Origin: Desulfobacterales bacterium
GTDB lineage: Bacteria > Desulfobacterota > Desulfobacteria > Desulfobacterales > UBA2174
Assembly (NCBI GenBank): GCA_963668645.2
Contig: CAXXWC010000018.1
Span: forward strand, 1-64,000
Direction: 5' to 3'
Length of the DNA stretch: 64,000 nucleotides
Position 1 is the first letter of the stretch, and each line of letters begins with the position of its first letter. The notes under the pieces were generated by a model. It did not search any database. It saw only the letters and a list, made by a program, of their open reading frames with translations, and was not told the origin of the DNA. Below, one piece after another: positions 57,601-64,000 of the stretch. The position numbers and the translations under genes are program-made.

Positions 57601-58365
57601 ATGCGTTTTCGACCCTGTATCGACCTGCACGGCGGCCTCGTCAAACAGATCGTCGGCGGCACCCTGGCCGACGAGGGGCCGGCCCCGGAGACCAATTTTA
57701 CCGCCGACCGGCCGGCAGAATGGTTTGCAGCCCTTTACCGTGCCGACCGGCTTAGCGGCGGCCATGTGATCCAACTCGGCCCGGGCAACCGGGAGGCTGC
57801 CCGGGCGGCTCTGGCGGCTTGGCCCGGTGGGCTCCAGGTGGGCGGCGGCATCACGGACCAAAACGCCGCTTCTTGGATCGAAGCCGGCGCCTCCCACGTC
57901 ATCGTGACCTCTTTCGTTTTTCACGACGGGATGCTGGACGAGGACAGGCTGAATCGCCTGGTAGCCGCTGTGGGGCGGCGGCGCCTGGTGCTCGACCTGA
58001 GCTGCCGGCGCCGCGGGGCGCAGTACATCGTGGTTACCGATCGGTGGCAGACCTTTACCCGCGAATCGATCCGGCCCGAACTGCTCGATCGTCTGGCGGC
58101 CCATTGCGACGAGTTTCTTGTCCACGGGGTTGACGTCGAGGGGCGCTGCCAGGGCATCGAGGCCGACCTGGTGGCCATGCTCGGCCGCTGGTCGTCCATT
58201 TCTTGTACCTACGCAGGAGGAATCCGCACCATGGCCGACATCGAGGCTGTCGGCCGCCTGGGCCAGGGGGGCATCGATTTTACCGTAGGCAGTGCGCTGG
58301 ATATTTTCGGCGGCCGCCAGCTTTCTTACCGGGAGTTGGCGGCCCGCTACGGGCCGTCCGCCTGA
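57601..58365 (+). CDS. hisA: ProFAR isomerase, eukaryote/HIS6-type
   Basis: MRFRPCIDLHGGLVKQIVGGTL, LQVGGGI, GASHVIVTS, LVLDLSCR, EFLVHGVDVEG and TVGSALDIFGG. Confidence 0.9.
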   Translation: MRFRPCIDLHGGLVKQIVGGTLADEGPAPETNFTADRPAEWFAALYRADRLSGGHVIQLGPGNREAARAALAAWPGGLQVGGGITDQNAASWIEAGASHVIVTSFVFHDGMLDEDRLNRLVAAVGRRRLVLDLSCRRRGAQYIVVTDRWQTFTRESIRPELLDRLAAHCDEFLVHGVDVEGRCQGIEADLVAMLGRWSSISCTYAGGIRTMADIEAVGRLGQGGIDFTVGSALDIFGGRQLSYRELAARYGPSA

Positions 58366-58474
58366 CGTTCCGCGAGGGCAGCGGAGCGGTTTGGCCCCGC
58401 GCTCCGTTGTCAAAGGCGGCTTGATCCTTCGTATTGTGGCCCGCCTCTTTCTGGCCGCGCTTTGCCGGAATCAC

Positions 58475-58945
58475 CTAAAAATCGCCGCGATAGGCTTCGT
58501 GACAGGCGCCACAGCTTTGCTGCAGTTGCCCCATGGCCTGGACCGCGGCGTTTTTGTCCCCTTTTTCTGCGCTCATTCGCACCTGCTGGGCTGCCGCGCG
58601 CATGGCTTCGGCGGCGGCTTCAAAGTCCGCGGGTGCCGCTCCCTTGAAATATTTGCCCTGCCCCGTGTAGGCCTGCGCGTGCTTTTCTTTGTACAAAGGG
58701 GGCATGACCTTGGCGCTCAGCACCAGGGCGGCTCCGTTTGCCTGGATGGCGCCGATGTCGCCGGCCTCGAATTTTGCAGCCGCATCTTCCACATTGAGCT
58801 TGGCTGTGTGCATCAGATACTTGCGGGTATGGACGATCTGGCGGGGTGAATCCAGACCGGTTTTCAAGACGCCTTCGGCCCAGAGCAAGCCTGCTACGGA
58901 AAAGACCAAGGCCGCAGCCAGCACCACGGTGATGATCCGTTTCAT
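58475..58945 (-). CDS. Class II cytochrome c (cytochrome c'-like)
   Basis: Signal peptide, helical body and C-terminal CGACH. Confidence 0.82.
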   Translation of the reverse strand: MKRIITVVLAAALVFSVAGLLWAEGVLKTGLDSPRQIVHTRKYLMHTAKLNVEDAAAKFEAGDIGAIQANGAALVLSAKVMPPLYKEKHAQAYTGQGKYFKGAAPADFEAAAEAMRAAAQQVRMSAEKGDKNAAVQAMGQLQQSCGACHEAYRGDF

Positions 58946-59014
58946 GATCAGCCTCCTCCTTGTGGATGGTGGTTGTTGCGGCCAAGACGCGCGTGCAGAC
59001 GCCGTCTTTGCATG

Positions 59015-59662
59015 CTATGCCGCCAAGGCCAGGATTCCATGGACCAGGGCAAGCAGCAAAAGCGCCTGGCCTGAACGCCGGTGCACCGCGATCTTGACCC
59101 TGAGCCAGCGGCGGCCTGTAGCCACTTGGAATGCGCACAGGAGCAGATTGGCACCCCCCAGACCGAGCACGATCCAGCCAAACGGGTTGCGACCGCCTGG
59201 CAGCGGGGGTAAGGACCCGGCATCTTGTACGGCAGCGGCTGGGGCCTCGATTTCGACCTTGACCTGCGCCGGGCCGGCGCTGCCGTGCAGATTGCAGTTG
59301 CCCTGGGCCGTAAAGACCGTGGGGCCGGTGAGCGTGTATTGCACTTCGCGGATGAAGTTTTCTTTTTCGGGCCGTGCCTGGGCGCTGAAGGTCCAGCGGC
59401 CGATTTCAGTGTCGCCGGCCTTGAGCCAGACCCAGTTGGTATAGTGGAAGAAATTGTTGCCGTCGTGGGAGGCGTTGACCCGGATGGTGATGTCGGTGCC
59501 GGCCGGGGCGCTGGCCGGAGCCTCGATGCGCACCCTGGTTTGATCGGCTGCTGCAGTCTGCGGCCAGAGCGTCATCAGACCGTACAGGGTGGCAAGCACC
59601 GCCCAGAAAAAGCGGTGCAGGCAGGATTGAAATGGCCGCGGCCAACCCTTGGCAAGGAACAT
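59015..59662 (-). CDS. Exported superoxide-reductase-like (desulfoferrodoxin ferrous-site) protein with C-terminal TM helices
   Basis: ASHDGNNFFHYTNWV and CNLHG; signal-like N-terminus; two C-terminal hydrophobic segments. Confidence 0.65.
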   Translation of the reverse strand: MFLAKGWPRPFQSCLHRFFWAVLATLYGLMTLWPQTAAADQTRVRIEAPASAPAGTDITIRVNASHDGNNFFHYTNWVWLKAGDTEIGRWTFSAQARPEKENFIREVQYTLTGPTVFTAQGNCNLHGSAGPAQVKVEIEAPAAAVQDAGSLPPLPGGRNPFGWIVLGLGGANLLLCAFQVATGRRWLRVKIAVHRRSGQALLLLALVHGILALAA

Positions 59663-59701
59663 GGCGCCTCCTGTTGACAGTTTAATCGCCACCTTACAGG
59701 G

Positions 59702-59720
59702 AATGATTGCTATTTTCAAT
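59702..59720. promoter_or_regulatory. Fur-family box candidate upstream of the SOR-like gene
   Basis: AATGATTGC-T-ATTTTCAAT matches 13 of 18 positions of the 9-1-9 Fur consensus. Confidence 0.4.
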
Positions 59721-59725
59721 AGGCT

Positions 59726-60799
59726 TTAAATATACAGGATCGGCTCCAGATCGAGGCGCTGGCGCACCGCCTCCAGCAGACCGGTGGTGCCGGTCATCAT
59801 GTTATCGCCGAAAGGGGCGCCAAACATGATCGGCAGGCCGCTTTCGCGGGCCAAAGCGCGCCGCGGCCCCGTGGCCACGATCAGCCCGAGTTTGGCGAAA
59901 CCGAGCCGCTTGCGAGTGTAGGCCCCATGACCGCCGGCAGCCAGGACCGCGCCGTGTTCCAGGCGCCCTTCGGCAAGATCGGTCAGTATATCATCAAGGT
60001 TTTGGGCAGAGACATCCCGGGTGTGGTACTCGACGTAGGCGGCGATCTTGCCGTCGCTCAACGTGGCGGCGACGGTATGTGAGGTGGCGATATCCAGCAC
60101 CATCAGGTGCCGGTTACGCATCGCCAGAGGATCGAAGCCGGCGCCGAGAATCGCGGCCATGCCGCTGTCCATGACATAGACGGCCCGCGTCGGCAGGCGC
60201 CCGGCGTCAGCGGCGATGGTCCGCAAGCGATTGAAGGTCTGCGGCACGGCCTCGGCGGCATAGAGCAACGCCGCAGGGGAGGGATTTTGATCCAGTACCG
60301 CGGCATGCATCCGATGCCGGTAGTCCAGATGGGATTCGCCCGCCGGCGGCATGCCATGGTCCTGGGCGCAAACGGCGACCGCATCGAAGTCAAAAGGGAT
60401 ATCCATGGCAGCCGCGATGCGGCGGATCTGTTCGGGGTCGATATCGGCCAGCACGATGTTTTCGCAGCCGGCCTCGGCCAGGCGGCCAGCTTCGGTGTCC
60501 GTTACGATCTCAAGGCCCATGGCCGATACTTTGGCGGCATCATGGTGCAAGGTGCGGGCCGCTTGCGCGGTGATCGCCACACGGGCTTGACCGGCTCTGG
60601 ATTCCAGGGCGGCGGTTACCGGGCCGCCGCCCATCTCACCGCCTTGCACCACCAAATCTTTGTTGCCGGAACGCACCCGGCGGGCCACGGTGCGCACCGG
60701 GGAACTCAATACGGTTTTATAGCTTTGGCGATTGTCGCTATCGTACCACAAGACGTCCATGGTGCCGGCGCCGACATCGATCATCAAAAAGCGCGCCAT
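59726..60799 (-). CDS. DUF1786-family protein (actin-like ATPase fold)
   Basis: LMIDVGAGTMDVL, GGEMGGGP, AQDHG, VMDSGMAA, EYHT, GGHGA, TGPRR and APFGDNMMTG. Confidence 0.75.
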   Translation of the reverse strand: MARFLMIDVGAGTMDVLWYDSDNRQSYKTVLSSPVRTVARRVRSGNKDLVVQGGEMGGGPVTAALESRAGQARVAITAQAARTLHHDAAKVSAMGLEIVTDTEAGRLAEAGCENIVLADIDPEQIRRIAAAMDIPFDFDAVAVCAQDHGMPPAGESHLDYRHRMHAAVLDQNPSPAALLYAAEAVPQTFNRLRTIAADAGRLPTRAVYVMDSGMAAILGAGFDPLAMRNRHLMVLDIATSHTVAATLSDGKIAAYVEYHTRDVSAQNLDDILTDLAEGRLEHGAVLAAGGHGAYTRKRLGFAKLGLIVATGPRRALARESGLPIMFGAPFGDNMMTGTTGLLEAVRQRLDLEPILYI

Positions 60800-60945
60800 C
60801 TGTTTTCCGTCCTCTTATCAGGTTGCTGGGATTTCGGTCGGCGATCGGCCTTGACGGATGGATGCTGATGCCTAATAGTATTGGTTACCGATTTGAAATA
60901 AGGCTGCGCCGGTTGCCGCCAATACCCGGTGGAAAGGGGTTGCAT

Positions 60946-61302
60946 ATGTCCGCCTTGCATAAAATCGCCCGCGATCGCCAACTTGTCAATGCCATCGATT
61001 GGGAGATGACGCCCGAGGAAGCGGTTCGCCTTTACCTGGAATGGGGCAACAACTGGACGCGGGGCAACTACGTGATCCGGTCGAAAAACGATGTGGCCCA
61101 TTATTTCGTGGTCAACACCTGGCATGAACCGGTGATCTACCTGATTCGGCGCAATTCGGAGGAGGCCGAAGAATTGGCGGCCATCCGGATGCCCGAGGCC
61201 CTCGAGCGCCGCTTTATGCAGCGGGTGGGCCATCACAAGGGGGTTTGGCCCATCGACAATGAACTTCGCGGCTGGCTGCAAAAAGAACTCGACGCGGCCT
61301 GA
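60946..61302 (+). CDS. DVU0772-family protein
   Basis: IDWEMTPEEAVRLYLEWGNNW, YFVVNTW, LIRRNSEEAEELA and KGVW. Confidence 0.75.
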   Translation: MSALHKIARDRQLVNAIDWEMTPEEAVRLYLEWGNNWTRGNYVIRSKNDVAHYFVVNTWHEPVIYLIRRNSEEAEELAAIRMPEALERRFMQRVGHHKGVWPIDNELRGWLQKELDAA

Positions 61303-61312
61303 CGGCAACGCT

Positions 61313-61789
61313 TCAATGGCCTTGGAGGGCCTGGCAATGCGGGCAAAGGCCGATAAACTCCAGGCGGTGGCCCAGGATCTGAAAATCGGTCTTGCCTGAC
61401 AGGATGACTTCGATATCGTCCAGCCGCTCTACCGGGGCATCCACTACCCGTTTGCATGAGGCACAGCGGATATGGTAGTGGGCTTCGGGGTTGCCGTCGA
61501 AACGTTTCAGTGTGCCGCCCGTTTCGATCTTCTGAATCTCGCCCAACTCGGCGAGGACCTCCAAGTTGCGGTAGACCGTACCGAGACTGATGCGAGGCAG
61601 GCGCCGCCGCACCAGGCTGTAGATTTCATCCGCTCCGGGATGGGTACATGTCTTGCGCAGTTCTTCCAAAATGACCTGCCGTTGGCGGGTCATTCGCATC
61701 TGGACCGGTTTTTCCACCTTTCTCTTCCTTCCCAACGGTTCAAAATCAGGCCTCCCCAAAGGCCGATTCATAATCGGGTTTGTCATCAA
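61313..61789 (-). CDS. perR: Fur-family repressor, PerR-type (start uncertain, possibly 61699)
   Basis: RMTRQR, HPGADEIY, SLGTVYRNL, RFDG..HYHIRCASCKRVVD (PerR-type Asp ligands) and CPHC. Confidence 0.8.
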   Translation of the reverse strand: MMTNPIMNRPLGRPDFEPLGRKRKVEKPVQMRMTRQRQVILEELRKTCTHPGADEIYSLVRRRLPRISLGTVYRNLEVLAELGEIQKIETGGTLKRFDGNPEAHYHIRCASCKRVVDAPVERLDDIEVILSGKTDFQILGHRLEFIGLCPHCQALQGH

Positions 61790-61928
61790 GTCGACTCTGC
61801 GGGGGGCATGCGGTACCCGCTTTAAGTGTTTTTCGTATCAGTTTTATACCGTTTCCCGGCTCTCCTGCGGATAATATCGGATTCCGCATGGGATTGCCGT
61901 TTTGAGATTCCTGGGCATCGATGCACAG

Positions 61929-63107
61929 TCAGCGCTGTTCCAGGGGAACGTAAGCGCACTCCTGGGGGCCGCAATAGTCACCGATATACTCCGCACCGGG
62001 TCGGTACAGGGACGGCTTGGGGGCTGCCAGGGCAAACGCCTCCTCGATCACGTGGGCCGTCCATCCGGCCACCCGGGAGACTGCAAAGACGGGGGTGAAC
62101 AGATCCACAGGGATGCCCATGCAGTAAAAGAGTGAAGCGCTGTAAAAATCGACATTGACAAAGATGTCGATGCCCTTGCGTGCTTTGAAGGCGGCCTTGC
62201 CTGTTTTTTCGAGCTTCCTGGACATGGCGTACCAGTGCGGCTGCCCGCTGCGCCGGCCCATCTCTTCGGCCATGGGGGCCAGGATGTGGGCGCGCGGATC
62301 GTCCACCTTGTAGACGGCATGGCCCAAACCCATGATTTTCTGCCCCTGGTCGAGGACCCGGTTGACGTAGGCTTCCACCTGCTCGATGTCGCCGATGGCC
62401 TTGAGCATCTCCATGACCCGCACGTTGGCCCCCCCGTGCAGTTCTCCGGATAGCGAACCGACAGCGGCCGAAACCGCCGCGTACATGTGGGCCCGGGTCG
62501 AGGCCACCTGGCGCGCGGAGAAGGTCGAAGCGTTGAACGAGTGCTCGGCGTGCAGCACCAGGGCTGTGTCGAAAAAGCGCGCGACCTCGTCATCGGGCCT
62601 CTGGCCGCCGAGCATGTAAAGGAAATTGGCCGCGTGTCCCAGATCCGGATCCGGGTCTACCGGCGCCTGCCCATGCCGGATCCGATGCCAGGCCGCGACC
62701 AGGGTCCCCAACTGGCCGATCAATCGGACCGCCCGTTTTTGAGTCCCCTCAATGGTCTGGTCGGAAGGTGCCGGGTCGTAAGGCGCCAGCATGGCTACGG
62801 CCGCTTGCAGCACATCCATGGGTGGGCTGGCAGGCGGCAGGGCTTTCATGGCCTCTACGATTCCCGGCGGCAAAAAGCGCGCCCGGCTGAGCTGGTCTTT
62901 GAAGTCCGCCAGGGTCTCGGCATCCGGCAACCGTTCGAAAACCAGCAGGTGGGCGACTTCTTCGAAAGTGGCCTCCTCGGCCAGGCTGACCACCGGAAAG
63001 CCGCGGTAGATCAATTTGCCGGCGTTCCCGTCCACGTGGCTGATGCGGGTGCTGGCGACCTTGACCCCCCTCAGACCGGTGTTGACTGTCGGTGTACACG
63101 CTTCCAT
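61929..63107 (-). CDS. gltA: Citrate / 2-methylcitrate synthase
   Basis: GLRGV, LIYRG, LHAEHSFNASTF, LHGGAN, MGLGHAVYKVDDPRA, NVDFYS and RVAGWTAH. Confidence 0.88.
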   Translation of the reverse strand: MEACTPTVNTGLRGVKVASTRISHVDGNAGKLIYRGFPVVSLAEEATFEEVAHLLVFERLPDAETLADFKDQLSRARFLPPGIVEAMKALPPASPPMDVLQAAVAMLAPYDPAPSDQTIEGTQKRAVRLIGQLGTLVAAWHRIRHGQAPVDPDPDLGHAANFLYMLGGQRPDDEVARFFDTALVLHAEHSFNASTFSARQVASTRAHMYAAVSAAVGSLSGELHGGANVRVMEMLKAIGDIEQVEAYVNRVLDQGQKIMGLGHAVYKVDDPRAHILAPMAEEMGRRSGQPHWYAMSRKLEKTGKAAFKARKGIDIFVNVDFYSASLFYCMGIPVDLFTPVFAVSRVAGWTAHVIEEAFALAAPKPSLYRPGAEYIGDYCGPQECAYVPLEQR

Positions 63108-63151
63108 CGTGTCCCTCCCTGGCAGGATGAGGTTAGTGGATGCCGGCTTGG

Positions 63152-63355
63152 TCACAGATCGATCCACATGTCCGCTTCATTGCCACAGTGGGTACAGGTG
63201 CCGTGAGCCTTGACCTGATGGCCGGGTTGGGCCGATTCGGCAGGCGGCGTTTTCTCTGAAGGTGAAGCTTCCGGCAGGGTACAGGTCAGGACCATCTCAG
63301 CCTCGTTGCCGCAATTTTCACACTTGCAGACTTGTTTACGCGTGATTTCAGCCAT
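63152..63355 (-). CDS. Small protein with two CxxCGNEA motifs (putative Zn/Fe ribbon)
   Basis: GAGGA RBS; CENCGNEAEM ... CTHCGNEADM. Confidence 0.65.
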   Translation of the reverse strand: MAEITRKQVCKCENCGNEAEMVLTCTLPEASPSEKTPPAESAQPGHQVKAHGTCTHCGNEADMWIDL

Positions 63356-63521
63356 AGCGCGTTCCTCTTTGAATTTAGGGGCTAAACAGTCGAAAACGAC
63401 CAACAAGCAACCAGTTACGATTCCTACAAATTGGGAATTCGATCCGTAAAAGTCAAGGATGAAATCGCCTGGCGGATTCGCGCCACCGGCCGCAACCAAC
63501 AACGAGTTGAAAACCCACCTT

Positions 63522-63540
63522 GAAAATGGTAATGTTTCTC
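63522..63540. promoter_or_regulatory. Fur-box candidate in the divergent promoter region before nqrA
   Basis: GAAAATGGTAATGTTTCTC matches 14 of 19 positions of GATAATGATAATCATTATC. Confidence 0.35.
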
Positions 63541-63624
63541 GTCAGTTTTCCGGTGCCGTAATTATACTGTAATCGTTATGGGTTAACGTTTTTTCCCCGG
63601 CCGGTGTGCCCGCATTGCACAGCT

Positions 63625-64000
63625 ATGAACAGGTTAAGGGTTCGCAAAGGCTATACATTGAAATTAAGCGGGGCCCCCACGGCGGATCTGGACGTTTCGG
63701 AACGTCCCCGGCGTGTGGCCCTGCTGCCCGATCAGATCCCCTTCATCAAACCCAAGCTGTTGATCCGGGAAGGGGAACCGGTGGCTGTGGGCAGCGCCCT
63801 GTTTCACGACAAGCGCCATCCGCAAGTCCGTTTCCTGTCCCCGGGCGGAGGGATTGTCGAAGCCGTCGAATACGGCCCGCGCCGGGTGATCCGGCGCATC
63901 GTGATCCGCCTGGATGAAATCGAGGAGGCCGAGACCTTCGAGGCCTTCTCCGAGGACCGGCTGCGCCGGATCGAACGTCAGCATCTGGTGGCGGCTCTGT
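63625..64000 (+). CDS. nqrA: Na+-translocating NADH:quinone reductase subunit A, 5' part (runs off the window; absent from the ORF track)
   Basis: Manual translation: MNRLRVRKGYTLKLSGAP...FIKPKLLIREGEPVAVGSALFHDKRHPQVRFLSPGGGIVEAVEYGPRRVIRRIVI. Confidence 0.82.
   Translation, partial: MNRLRVRKGYTLKLSGAPTADLDVSERPRRVALLPDQIPFIKPKLLIREGEPVAVGSALFHDKRHPQVRFLSPGGGIVEAVEYGPRRVIRRIVIRLDEIEEAETFEAFSEDRLRRIERQHLVAAL

Overview
A GC-rich chromosomal segment whose gene content (DVU0772-family, DUF3786, DUF1786, PerR, eukaryote-type HisA, octaheme cytochrome) suggests an anaerobic Desulfobacterota, probably Desulfobacterales; this placement is an inference. In order it holds: a divergent alanine dehydrogenase 3' end, pncA-pncB, putA, a Cache-GAF-GGDEF cyclase, tamAB, a QueG/RdhA-like Fe-S protein, proVWX, a flavocytochrome-c-type flavoprotein, an SMR pump, an HD-GYP regulator with a hybrid kinase, a five-gene sigma54-driven periplasmic sulfur-redox operon with its divergent PAS activator, a free-standing ThrRS editing domain, an acyl-CoA synthetase, sfsA, a lapE-lapG-lapD/lapB-lapC type I secretion locus, an RND pump, a PerR-associated oxidative-stress cluster, citrate synthase and the start of nqrA. 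I saw no rRNA, tRNA, CRISPR array or mobile element. Sequence quality is suspect: five apparent single-base insertions in short homopolymers break pncB, proV and the DUF3373 gene, and a 3,081-bp poly-C tract sits inside lapD. The best candidate for an undescribed system is the sigma54 operon (porin-like protein, heme-motif-less cytochrome-like protein, triple-rhodanese lipoprotein, octaheme OTR, cytochrome b). Second is a PutA whose P5C-dehydrogenase active-site motifs have selectively decayed. All family calls come from recognising motifs by eye; no database searches were run.
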